A DNA stretch of 64,000 bases. Source: Chiloscyllium plagiosum (taxonomy: Eukaryota). Both the position numbers and the translations under genes were made by a program. The notes under the pieces were generated by a model. That model worked only from the letters and a program-made list of their open reading frames with translations, was not told the DNA's origin and did not search any database. The DNA is taken from positions 3,011,436-3,075,435 of the forward strand of contig NC_057718.1 in NCBI RefSeq assembly GCF_004010195.1, given 5' to 3'. Below are positions 25,290 through 37,226 of this stretch, piece after piece; position 1 is the stretch's first letter, and every line of letters begins with the position of its first letter.

Positions 25290-26290
25290 GTCTGTGTGTT
25301 CTTGATCAGTGGTGCTGGAAGAGCACAGCAGTTCAGGCAGCATCCAAGCAGCAGCGAAATCGACGTTTCGGGCAAAAACACCTTCATCAGGAATAAAGGC
25401 AGNNNNNNNNNNNNNNNNNNNNNNNNNNNNNNNNNNNNNNNNNNNNNNNNNNNNNNNNNNNNNNNNNNNNNNNNNNNNNNNNNNNNNNNNNNNNNNNNNN
25501 NNNNNNNNNNNNNNNNNNNNNNNNNNNNNNNNNNNNNNNNNNNNNNNNNNNNNNNNNNNNNNNNNNNNNNNNNNNNNNNNNNNNNNNNNNNNNNNNNNNN
25601 NNNNNNNNNNNNNNNNNNNNNNNNNNNNNNNNNNNNNNNNNNNNNNNNNNNNNNNNNNNNNNNNNNNNNNNNNNNNNNNNNNNNNNNNNNNNNNNNNNNN
25701 NNNNNNNNNNNNNNNNNNNNNNNNNNNNNNNNNNNNNNNNNNNNNNNNNNNNNNNNNNNNNNNNNNNNNNNNNNNNNNNNNNNNNNNNNNNNNNNNNNNN
25801 NNNNNNNNNNNNNNNNNNNNNNNNNNNNNNNNNNNNNNNNNNNNNNNNNNNNNNNNNNNNNNNNNNNNNNNNNNNNNNNNNNNNNNNNNNNNNNNNNNNN
25901 NNNNNNNNNNNNNNNNNNNNNNNNNNNNNNNNNNNNNNNNNNNNNNNNNNNNNNNNNNNNNNNNNNNNNNNNNNNNNNNNGTGAAGGAGGCCCAGGACCT
26001 CCATGTCCTCGGCAGAGTGGGAGGGGGAGTTGAAATGTTGGGCCACGGGGCGGTGTGGTTGATTGATGCCGGTGTCCCGAAGATGTTCCCTAAAGCGCTC
26101 TGGTAGGAGGCGCATAGTCTCCCCAATGTAGAGGAGACCGTTTCAGGAGCAACGGATACAATAAATGATATTAGTGGATGTGCAGGTAAAACTTTGATGG
26201 ATGTGGAAGGCTCTTTAGTGCCTTGGATAGAGGTGAGGGAGGAGGTGTGGGCGCAGGTTTTACAGTTCCTGCGGTGGCAGGGGAGTGTGT
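25290..26290 (-). mobile_element. Penelope-like element (second family) spanning an N gap
   Basis: CHRRNCKTCAH..; LPERFREHLRD..PVAQHFNSPSHS (GIY-YIG region); terminal repeat with hammerhead core at 25362-25390. Confidence 0.85.
25355..25397 (-). ncRNA. Minimal hammerhead ribozyme motif in a Penelope terminal repeat
   Basis: Minus strand: ttcCTGATGAaggtgtttttgcccGAAAcGTCga, i.e. CUGAUGA core, stem II, GAAA and a GUC cleavage triplet in a palindromic short stem III. Confidence 0.65.
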
Positions 26291-26588
26291 TCACTGTCTT
26301 GTTGTGGTGGAGTTGAAACACAATCTCCCATTTTTATAAAGTTGGTGAATTTACAGCTTTGTGATTCAGAGTGAGTTTCACCAATGGGCCCATTCTGACA
26401 CTCACATCAATTCTCTATAATCAATAATATTGAATTTGTTCCATTAAAACATCTTCAGGACATCACAAACTGTGAACTAGTTTGAAGTTCAATATCTGTG
26501 ACAGCACCGAATCCTGGGTCTGTTCCTCACTGGGAACATTTCTGAAGGTGAATTTGCTGAATGCCAGTTCATGTTTTGTGTGATGGCG

Positions 26589-26706
26589 TTAATTGAAGGA
26601 AGAATGTCGGTTGTCAGGAGACGGAGAGTATCTCCTGTTCTTTTTCACATTGTGCTCTGTGATCTTTAAATCTTCAAATTTATTGCCTGAGCACTCCACA
26701 CAACAT
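26589..26706 (-). pseudogene. Possible hydrophilic (cytoplasmic-type) exon relic
   Basis: Good acceptor ccttgtttccatcag|A in phase 2: CCVECSGNKFEDLKITEHNVKKNRRYSPSPDNRHSSFN*. Reading past the stop gives HELAFSKFTF, loosely like HGEVFYNKLTF in the ITIM exons. Confidence 0.25.
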
Positions 26707-29199
26707 CTGATGGAAACAAGGACAGAGTGCAATCTTCTCTCTGTTGCTGCTGTGTGTAGCCCCTCCTGCCTGGTGATCTGCTGCCATGGTGCCACACTCA
26801 TCTGTCTTGTACCAGCCTCACCCACCCACTGAAGCTCTTCTGAAACTACTGTGTGACATCCGCCTAGTCCACTAGAACATCAGCTTTGAGCCAAGCTCCA
26901 GAAATAGTTTTGACAGCCACAGCTTCCTGCCCTCAGAGGCGATCACAATTGTGTAATTGAAGATGTATTCTGATACATGAATGAGCAGGGCTCAGGGGCA
27001 TACAGATCCTTAGACAACAGGTGATATGTCTAGATAGAGGATCTGGATTGGTGCAGGCTTGGAGGGCCGAAGAGCCTGTTCCTGTGCTGTAATTCTCTTT
27101 AATCTTTGTTCTTCTTTTTACTAAGTGAGAGAGAGTTACCAAGTGGGCAAGCTGCCCCTCATGCTCGCTGAGAGTATATAGTGTCCCCTGTGTTCCCACC
27201 ATTTCCCAGCTGTTCCAAGGATAAACAATAGTGTGCAATAAACTGGGGATTTCACCATTTACAGAACAAAGAGAGGGAATACCAGTAGGAAATGTGGTTT
27301 TGACAATTTGCCTGAAATAGGGGTTGCCTTTTCTGAACACCAGCTGCAAACTGAAACCAGGAAACAGAAAAGGGGAAGCAACATTTACTGCATCTCACTG
27401 TTTCCAAAATCACAGGAAGCCATTGGGCCCATTTTTTTAGCACTTGCTCTCTCAGCACTTTGACGTTGTGCCAATTGCTTGCCTTTTCCCCTTCACCCTG
27501 CACATTATTTTGGTTTGAATAACCATCCAATACTGTTGGATGTTAAATACCTCAGTTGGAGCTTAAGACCACAAGACATAAAAAGAGAATTCAGTCAATT
27601 TGCCCATCGTGCCTGTTTCACCATTCAGTGGGATCATGGCTGTTCTGATAGTCCCTATCTCTACTTTCTTGCCTTTTCCCCATAACCCTGGATTCCATTC
27701 CTGATTGAAAATATACATCTCTAAATTTAAATATATTTCATGACCCAGCCTTTGACAGCCCTCTGAAGTAAAAAGATTCCTCAGATTCACTTCCTCTGAA
27801 AGATGAAATTCTTACTCATCTCCATCTTAAAACACAGATACATTCCTATGAGCTTTTGCCATCTGATCCCAGACACTCCCACATAGGGAAACAACCTTCT
27901 TTCCATATTCACGCTGTCAAGGCCCAAAGAAATTGAGATGTTTCAAACTTTCTTTTCATTCTAAACTCTAAACCAGGACAAGTCCCTCTCCTTACTTTTA
28001 AAATACCAGGCACAATTCTGATCACCGTGTAAACAAAGATTTTGTTAGACTATAAAGCGTACAGATACTATTTACATGGATGTTTGTGGGATTCGAGAGT
28101 TTAAGTTAAAAGGTGGTACTGGGGCTATTTTCCCTGCAATGTAGAAAGCTGAGGGTGACCCTTTACAGGTTTTTGAAATTATGAGGAATGCAGATAAAGT
28201 GGATAGCTAAGGTCTTTTGCCAAAGGTAGGAGAGTCCAAAGCTAGAAAGCATATTTATAAGGTGAGAAGGAAAAGTTTGAAAAGGGACCTGAGGGACAAG
28301 TTCTTGACACAGAAGGTGTTGCACATGTGGAACAAACTGCCAGGGGTGGTTTTAGAGGTCAGTACAATTACATTTTTAAAAAGACATTTGGATGGGTCAT
28401 GAATAGAAATTTTTAGAGGGATATGGGCCAAACATGAGCAAATGGTATTAATTCAGTGAAGCTTAGCTGATCAGGATGGACAAATTCCATTGAAGGGTCT
28501 GTTTCCTTGCTGTATGACTATATGACTCTAGGAACAAAGTGGGTAACTGTAGGTTAATTCACCTCACATCTATTGTTGGAAATGTATTTAAATCAATTAT
28601 TAAGAAAGTAGCAGCAAAACATTTACAAAAACATAGTCTAATAAAGCAGAGTCGGTGTGGCTTCATGACAGGGAAATCCTGTCTGACTAATTTAGGTGAG
28701 CTTTTTAAAGAAACCTTCACCAGCATGGATAGTGGGAAACCACTGTTGTATTTGGACTTCAAGAAAGTCTTCGACAAGGGACCTCACAAAAATTTAAGAC
28801 AAAAGGTGAGCCCATGGTATTGGAGGTTCTATACTAGTGTGGAGTGTCAAGAATTGGTCAAAGGGCAGCAAACAAGTTCATGTTGATGATACATGTCCAA
28901 TGGGGTTCCATGGGATCACTGCTCAAACCACAACTGTTTACAACACAGATTACTGATTGGGAAGAAGGAAGTGAATGTACTGTAGAAATATTTCCAGATG
29001 ACACAAAATAGGTGGAAAAGCAGATTGAGAGAGGAATACAAACAGTTCACAGAGAGGCGATGGTAGATTCAGTAGGTAAGCAAAAAGCTGCAAATGGAGT
29101 ACAATGAAAGGAAATATGAATTAAATGAATAAAAGCTGCTGAAAGCCAGCACATGGGGCAAGTAGGTAATCAGGAAGGCAAATGGAATGCTGATCCTTA

Positions 29200-29478
29200 T
29201 TTAGATTAGATTCTCTACAATGTGGAAACAGGTCCTTCAGCCCACAAGTAACCCACCCCCTCTGACTAATGCACCCAACAATTATGGACAATTTAGCATG
29301 GCCAATTCACCGAACCTGCACACCTTTGGAATGTGGGAGGAAACTGCAGTACCGGAGGAAACCCACGCAGACACGGGGAGAATGTGCAAACACCACACAG
29401 CCACTTGCCCAAGGCTGGAATCGAGCCAAGGACCCTGGCGCTGCGAGGCAGCAGTGCTAACCACTGAGCCACCATGCC
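29200..29478 (-). mobile_element. HE1/V-SINE-like SINE
   Basis: Same head and core as 6205-6525; absent from duplication copy A. Confidence 0.85.
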
Positions 29479-30349
29479 AACCTAGTAGAAGACCCGAAAC
29501 GAGAATTATACCCCTAGACGAACGAGCTGCATATTTGAAGGGGGTTGGATTGTAAGAGCAGGGAGGTCTTATTGCAGTTGTACAAGATGTTGGAAGACTA
29601 TGTCTGGAATACTGTGAGCAGCGTTGGTTCCCTTATTAAATGAAATACACCATTTCTTTGTGGTTCAGCGAAAGTTCAGAGTAGGTTTACAAAGATGATC
29701 CTTGGTTTGGAGTAATGGTCTCATGGACAAATGCTAAACAGGTTGGAACACTTATTTGTAAATGAGGAAAATGAGCGATGATCTCATTGAAGCATATAAG
29801 ATCCTTGAGGGTAAATGCTGAGAGGGTGTTTTCCCTCATGGGAGAGTTAAGGACCTGAGGACATGGTCTCAGGACAAAGGGTCACCAATTTAAATCTGAG
29901 ATAAGGAGAATTTCTTCTTGATCAGGTGGGGAATCGAGGATTCTAGGGAAATTGCAGTAAAGTGGATGTGAGGAATGTCAGTTCAGTCATGATTCGATTG
30001 AATGGTGGAACAAGTTCATGGGGCCAAATGGCCTACTCCTGTTCCTGCCTCTTATGTGCAACCTATTCAAGAATTTCTACTCTCCTGAGAAAAAAGGACA
30101 GTTTTATATTTTCCAACATTATACTCCATTTGCCACATTTTGCCCATTCACTTCACCTCTCTCTCTCTCTCTCTCTCTCTCTCCCCTCTTGACACCTCAC
30201 TTTCCTTCTTCTCTTGGTGTCATCATCAAATTGATCTCTCATCCAGAATCAGAGATTGCTGTGCTGGAGTCTCTCATTCTTCACCCAGAATGGTGTTCTT
30301 TCAAATCCGTGTTGCATCTCCTCCTCTATCTCCCCTGAAGTGGGATGGA

Positions 30350-30482
30350 ATATTTCCTGAAGAAGGGCCTGTGCCCGAAACGTCGAATCTCCTGTTCCCT
30401 GGATGCTGCCTGACCTGCTGTGCTGTTCCAGCAATAAAGTTTCAACTTTGATCTCCAGCATCTGCAGACCTCACTTTCTCCT
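30350..30482 (+). mobile_element. Solo Penelope terminal-repeat fragment with hammerhead core
   Basis: CTGAAGAagggcctgtgcccGAAAcGTC..ctgctgtgctgttccagc..ctccagcatctgcag; same family as the termini at 25310 and 35761. Confidence 0.75.
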
Positions 30483-30737
30483 GGAATATTTCTGGACAAG
30501 AGGACACAACCTTTCAGTGGGACCCACCCTGACTCACTAACTGAGATGTAGGTCCCACAGACTGACCCTGGGACCATCACTGTTCTCTACTTGGAGCTGG
30601 AGGGGCACATCTTGTGACCCTCACATTTGTCTCCAATCTGGTCAGTTTACCTTATTTCCCTTAGCCACCCTGTAGCCGTGGGAAAGACTGAACAATCAGA
30701 CTGCTGTTCATTTATTGGCATTTTTTTTATTTTGAAG

Positions 30738-31087
30738 GTGTAAATCCCCAGTCCTTCTCCAGTCTCCGTCCCTGGAACGTGTCACCAAGGGTCATACTGC
30801 CTGGTTACAGTGCACCATGAGGAACCGCAGTGTGCCGCAGTGACACACACCAATGTTTACTGGGACTGGAAGCAACCAGGAAATAACAGAGGGGGTTTTA
30901 ACAAATGACATGAGGAACAACACGCAATAGAGCCCAGGATTCACTGAGCGATCCCAGCCTTCCAGAGACCTCTCCAAGAACAGCTTCATTCTGACCATCA
31001 TAAGCGTGCAGCCCAGTGTCACTGGGATCTATTACTGTAAAGTGTAGGGAGATATCAGTGGGAATGGAACCCAACTGTCTGTAACAG
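30738..31087 (+). pseudogene. Paralogous germline-joined VJ exon, pseudogene
   Basis: After acceptor ttttgaag|: PVLLQSPSLERVTKGHTAWLQCTMRN..NVYW..KQPG..SPGFTERSQPSRDLSKNSFILTIISVQPSVTGIYYCKV*GDISGNGTQLSVT G|gcaagt. Frameshifts (including a short duplication at ~30825-30842) and TAG stops at 30928 and 31045. Confidence 0.9.
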
Positions 31088-32170
31088 GCAAGTCCTGTTT
31101 ATCTTAAAATAATCTGACATACAACCACTCCCAAATGGATTTATTGTAGAGGAAAATGTGTTTAATTCGTCTGGTAAAGAGGAAGCAGAAAGCTCGATAT
31201 CAACATAAAAGTTACTTACAATTATTTTACTCACAGTCAGAATAAACTGTTTCTCCACTTGGACCAGTTCCTTAATCACAAGCTCTTTATCTTCTCTCCA
31301 TCTTCTGCTTCTCTGTCTCATTTGTTCTCAGTGTTGTATTTAACATTGTCCTGTCTCTATCTGGTTTAATTTCATTCATTCTTGGCACGTGGCCGTCACT
31401 GGCTGGGCTGGTACTTGTTGTCTATCATGACTGGCCCTTGAGAAGAAATGTCTTCACCCAGAGAGTGGGGAACCTGTGGAATTCTCTGCCTCAGGAAGCA
31501 GTTGAGGCCAAAATATTGAAAGGTTTCAAGGAGTTAGATATATCTAATTGGGATAAAGGGATCAAAGGGTATGGGGAGAAAGCAGAAGAGGGAACTGAGT
31601 TGGATCATCAGCTTCGATTAGGTTGAACGTGGTGCAGGCATAATGGACTGAATGGCCTACTCCAGCACTTATTTTCTTAATTTTGAGAAGGTGATGATGC
31701 ACTGTCTTCCCGAAATGCTGTGTTGAGACATTTTATCCAGTGACATGAAAGGAATGATGATGATGTATTTCTATGTCAGGATGGACAAATTTAAAAATCA
31801 CTTTTAAAAAGTTTATAGTCCAAAATCCAAACGCTTGTCCATCCAAATAAATACTCTGTTTGAGTATAACCTGTTGTTCTGTGATTTTTAACTTTTTCCA
31901 CCTCAGTCCAACACTGGCACCTCCACTTTATGTCAGGATGGTGAGCACACTGGAGGAGAACCTGAAGGAGGTGGTGTCCCATGTGTCTGTTGCCTTTGTC
32001 CTTTCAGATGGGAGAGGCTGTGTGTTCAGAAGCTTCTGTTGGAGCAGCCTTGGGGAGTTACAGAAGGGCATATTGTAGATGGTACTCACTCTGTAGCAAT
32101 GTTAAAGGGAATGAATATTGGTGTTAGTTGTGGTGCTAATCAAGTAGTTGCATTCTCGTGGATGGCGTGA

Positions 32171-33292
32171 ATAGACAATAGACAATAGGTGCAGGAGTAG
32201 GCCATTCTGCCCTTCGAGCATGCACCACCATTCAATATTATCATGGCTGATCATCCTTAATCAGCATCCTGTTCCTGCCTTATCTTCATAGCCCTATCCT
32301 TGAGAGCTCTATCCAACTCTTTCTTAAATGAATCCAGAGACTGAGCCTCCACTGCCCTCTGGGGCAGAGCATTCTACACAGCCACCACTCTCTGGGTGAA
32401 GAAGTTTCTCCTCTGTACTAAATGGTCTACCCTGCTGTGTCCTCTGGTTCAGTACTCACCCATCAGTGGAAACATGTTTCCTGCCTCCAGAGTATCCAAT
32501 CCTTTAATAATCTTATATGTCTCAATCAGATCCCATCTCAGTCTTCTAAACGCAAGCGTATACAAGCCCAGTTGCTCCAGTCTTTCAGCATAAGGTAGTC
32601 CCGCCATTCCAGGAATTGACCTCGTGAACCTACGCTGCACTCCCTCAATAGCCAGAATGTCTTTCCTCAAATTTGGAAACCAGAACTGCACACANNNNNN
32701 NNNNNNNNNNNNNNNNNNNNNNNNNNNNNNNNNNNNNNNNNNNNNNNNNNNNNNNNNNNNNNNNNNNNNNNNNNNNNNNNNNNNNNNNNNNNNNNNNNNN
32801 NNNNNNNNNNNNNNNNNNNNNNNNNNNNNNNNNNNNNNNNNNNNNNNNNNNNNNNNNNNNNNNNNNNNNNNNNNNNNNNNNNNNNNNNNNNNNNNNNNNN
32901 NNNNNNNNNNNNNNNNNNNNNNNNNNNNNNNNNNNNNNNNNNNNNNNNNNNNNNNNNNNNNNNNNNNNNNNNNNNNNNNNNNNNNNNNNNNNNNNNNNNN
33001 NNNNNNCCCCAATACCATGCACCCTAATTTTGCTCACTAACCTCCTATGTGGGACTTTATTAAAAGCTTTCTGAAAATCCAGGTACACTACATCTACTAG
33101 ATCTCCCTCGTCTATCTTCAGAGTTACATCCTCAAAACATTCCATAAAATTAGTCAAGCATGATTTCCCCTTCATAAATCAATGCTGACTCTGACCTATC
33201 CTATTACTACTATCCAGATATGTCATAATTTCATCCTTTATAATAGACTCCAGCATCTTTTCCACCACTGAGGTCAGACTAACTGGTCTTTA
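32171..33292 (-). mobile_element. CR1 insertion specific to duplication copy B (spans an N gap)
   Basis: (atagaca)n tail and KGKSCLTNFMECFEDVT..YLDFQKAFNKVPH. The empty site in copy A reads ggatggcatgaagcttcttgagtg. Confidence 0.88.
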
Positions 33293-34319
33293 ATTTCCTT
33301 CTTGAGTGTTGTTGCAGCTGCACCCATCCAGGCAAGTTGTTCCATCATCCTCATGATTTCAGCTTTGTCGATAGATGGTAGGGAGGCTGTGGGTGTCAAT
33401 GTGTGAGCTACTCACCTCGACCTGCTCTTGCAGGCACAGTATTTATTACACTGCTCTGGCTCTTGATTGGGACAATGGGCATTCCCAGGATACGGTTCAT
33501 CAGGGAATTGTTTTGTTTATTTTTTGATATGGGCATCACTGGCATAAAAACAGCATTTGTACCTCATCTCAATGGCATCTTCACACACTATCTCCAAATC
33601 CCTTCATGTAAATCATCTCCAGTAAGCGCTCAGTTTCAGTCTAGAATATTCCCAATGACTGAGTGTCCAGAGTTTTCTAGGAAATGTCAGTTATTGGAAT
33701 TTCAGACAAGATTTTGACAAGTTCCACTGTGGAAGCTGATAGTGAACGTAAAAGCCGGTGGGATGCAGGGTCACTTGGATCCAAAGATGGATCCAAAACT
33801 AGATCTGTCCAAGCAACAGAGGGTGGTAAAGGCCTGTTTGTGTGACTGGATGTCAGTGTCGAGTGGTGTACCACAGGGATCAGTGCCGGCACTGTAAATA
33901 TGTTAACAATGCAGATCCAAATGTAGGAAGTGGCATATAGGTTTGCAAATAATACAAAGATTGGTCAGGTGGTTGTAGAGTCATAGAATTGTACAGAACA
34001 GAGCCAGGCCATTTGGCCCCAACTGGTCCATGCCAACCAAAATGTCCACCTAAGTTAATCCCACTTCCCTGCACTTGGTCCATATCCTTCTAATCCTCTC
34101 ATATCCATGTATTTATCCAAATGTTTTGTAATGTACCTGCCTCAACAACGTCCACTGGCAGCTCATTCTAGATGTGGAGCACCCTCTGTGCAATAATGTT
34201 GCCACTCAGATTTCCTTATATTCTTTCCTCTCTAACCTTAAACTGATGTCTTCTAGTCCATTGGAAAAACACTGAGTGCATTCAACCGATCCATGCGTCT
34301 CATGATCTTATCATTATCA

Positions 34320-34965
34320 TTCAATCATGGCTGATATATTTCTCAACTCCATTCTCTGGTATACTCACAATAGCTCTTGATCCCTCACTAACCAAGAACC
34401 TAGCTATCCTTGTCTTAAATAAACTCAATGACTTGGCCTCCACAGTCCTCTGCAGCAATGAATTCCACTGATTCACCACTCTCTGGCTGATGAAATTCCT
34501 CCTCATCTCAGTTCAAAAGGGTTGTCCCTTCACTTTGACACTCTTCTTGTGTCCTAGTCTTCCCTCCTAGTGGAAACACCTTCCTCACATCCACTCTATC
34601 CAGGCCTCTCCGTATCCTGTAAATTACAATCAGATTCCCCCGTATCCTTCTAAACTCCGAGTACAGACTCAGACTCCTCAACCACTCCCCATATGACAAG
34701 TCCTTTGTCTCCTGCATCATTCTTGTAAATGTTCTCTGGACTCCCTCCAAAGCCAGCACATCCTTCTTTAGATACAGGACCCAAAACTGCTCATAATATT
34801 CCAAATGCCAATTTACCAGAGCTTTATACAGCTTTAGCAGCACATCCTTGTTCTTTGTTTTTTGAAGCCTTTCCCCATTTAGAAAATAGTCCACGCCTCT
34901 ATCCTTCTTATGAAAATCCATAACCTTACATTCTATCACATGGCATTCAATTTGCCACTTTTTTT
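34320..34965 (-). mobile_element. CR1 3' fragment
   Basis: LLKLYKALVNWHLEYYEQFW; NFISQRVVNQWNSL. Confidence 0.8.
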
Positions 34966-35760
34966 ACCTTGCACTTTCTACTTATACTACTTCGAGGGGC
35001 CACTATACTCCCCTCTAACCGCTAACCTTCTTAAAGTTGTGATCTGCTGTGAGTATCTTCCAATGTGAAAACTGATGCAAAGTACCTGATCTGTGCCTCT
35101 ACCATTTTCCCCATTTTGGTAAATCAGACGATAACATGGTGCCCCTTCTCCCAGCTTACAGCAGAAACTAAAGTGTAAGGATCCGGGACAGAGAGTCAGA
35201 CAGTGCTGTTATGAAGAAACACATAAGTGCCTACGTGACTGATTGGAATCTGTGGGACTGGTCCATATTCAAGAATTCAACAGCCAATCTAAGTGAGTCT
35301 GCCACCACTGTCACAGAGTTTAGCAGTAAGTGTGTAGAGGGCAATGTGCATAAGAAGTTAATCTGATTATTCCCCCCAACCAGGAACATAGATGAACCAA
35401 GAAATCCATTCCCTACTGAAGTCCAGATCAGAGGCATTAAAATCGGGTGACTCTGACCCATGGGGTGATCTTGGTATGACCTTCACAAAGCCATCAGCAA
35501 TGCCGAAAGACAATGACAGACTGAACTGGAGTCCCAGACTGACTACACAGATCGAAGAACAGATTCTTTCCTGCTGTTATTAGACTTTCTTTAGGATCTC
35601 TCAAACGTTAGAGTTGATCTTTCTCTGCACCTTCTCTGAGGCTGTAACACTATATTCTGCATTTTGTTCTATTAATCTGATGTATTTATTAAAAAATATG
35701 ATTTGCCGAGATAGCTCGCAAAATAGTACTTTTCACTGTATTTTGGTACAAGTTACAATA

Positions 35761-37226
35761 GCTGAAAATGTGTTGCTGAAAAAGTGCAGCAGGTCAGGCA
35801 GCATCCAAGGAACAGGAGAATTGACGTTTCGGGCATAAGCCCTTCTTCAGGAATGAGGAAAGTGTGTCCAGCAGGCTAAGATAAAAGGTAGGGAGGAGGG
35901 ACTTGGGGGAGGGGCTTTGGAAATGCNNNNNNNNNNNNNNNNNNNNNNNNNNNNNNNNNNNNNNNNNNNNNNNNNNNNNNNNNNNNNNNNNNNNNNNNNN
36001 NNNNNNNNNNNNNNNNNNNNNNNNNNNNNNNNNNNNNNNNNNNNNNNNNNNNNNNNNNNNNNNNNNNNNNNNNNNNNNNNNNNNNNNNNNNNNNNNNNNN
36101 NNNNNNNNNNNNNNNNNNNNNNNNNNNNNNNNNNNNNNNNNNNNNNNNNNNNNNNNNNNNNNNNNNNNNNNNNNNNNNNNNNNNNNNNNNNNNNNNNNNN
36201 NNNNNNNNNNNNNNNNNNNNNNNNNNNNNNNNNNNNNNNNNNNNNNNNNNNNNNNNNNNNNNNNNNNNNNNNNNNNNNNNNNNNNNNNNNNNNNNNNNNN
36301 NNNNNNNNNNNNNNNNNNNNNNNNNNNNNNNNNNNNNNNNNNNNNNNNNNNNNNNNNNNNNNNNNNNNNNNNNNNNNNNNNNNNNNNNNNNNNNNNNNNN
36401 NNNNNNNNNNNNNNNNNNNNNNNNNNNNNNNNNNNNNNNNNNNNNNNNNNNNNNNNNNNNNNNNNNNNNNNNNNNNNNNNNNNNNNNNNNNNNNNNNNNN
36501 NNNNNNNNNNNNNNNNNNNNNNNNNNNNNNNNNNNNNNNNNNNNNNNNNNNNNNNNNNNNNNNNNNNNNNNNNNNNNNNNNNNNNNNNNNNNNNNNNNNN
36601 NNNNNNNNNNNNNNNNNNNNNNNNNNNNNNNNNNNNNNNNNNNNNNNNNNNNNNNNNNNNNNNNNNNNNNNNNNNNNNNNNNNNNNNNNNNNNNNNNNNN
36701 NNNNNNNNNNNNNNNNNNNNNNNNNNNNNNNNNNNNNNNNNNNNNNNNNNNNNNNNNNNNNNNNNNNNNNNNNNNNNNNGTGGACCTGACGAGGGAGTCA
36801 CGGAGGGAGTGGTCTTTTCGGAACGCTGATAGGGGAGGGAGGGAAATATATCACTGGTGGTGGGGTCCGTTTGGAGGTGGCGGAAATGGTGGCAGATGAT
36901 ACGTTGTACATGGAGGTTGGTGGGGTGGTAGGTGAGGACCAGTGGGGTTCTGTCCTGGTGGCGGTTGGAGGGGCGGGGCTCAAGGGCGGAGGAGCGGGAA
37001 GTGGAAGAGATGCGGTGGTGGGCATCGTCGACTACGTCTGGCGGGAAATTGCGGTCCTTGAAGAAGGAGGCCATCTGGGTTGTACGGTTTTGGAACTGGT
37101 CCTCCTGGGAGCAGATGTGGCGGAGACAAAGGAATTGGGAATATGGGTTGGCGTTTTTACAGGGGGCAGGGTGGGAGGAGGTGTAGTCTAGGTAGCTGTG
37201 GGAGTCGGTCGGTTTATAGTAAATGT
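35761..37226 (-). mobile_element. Penelope-like element with a 10-bp target-site duplication
   Basis: YYKPTDSHSYLDYTSSHP..PYSQFLCLRHICS (PLE RT thumb); TSD agttacaata at 35751-35760 and 37227-37236; hammerhead core at 35823-35850; N gap at 35927-36779. Confidence 0.88.
35818..35856 (-). ncRNA. Minimal hammerhead ribozyme motif
   Basis: Minus strand: ttcCTGAAGAagggcttatgcccGAAAcGTCaa; perfect stem II gggc/gccc. Confidence 0.65.

Larger units (their letters stand above)
28428..34312 (+). repeat. Segmental duplication, copy B
   Basis: Paralog of 388-4495 with an extra SINE (29200-29478), an extra CR1 (32171-33292) and a full-length V pseudo-exon; lacks the equivalent of ~2660-3725. Confidence 0.9.
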
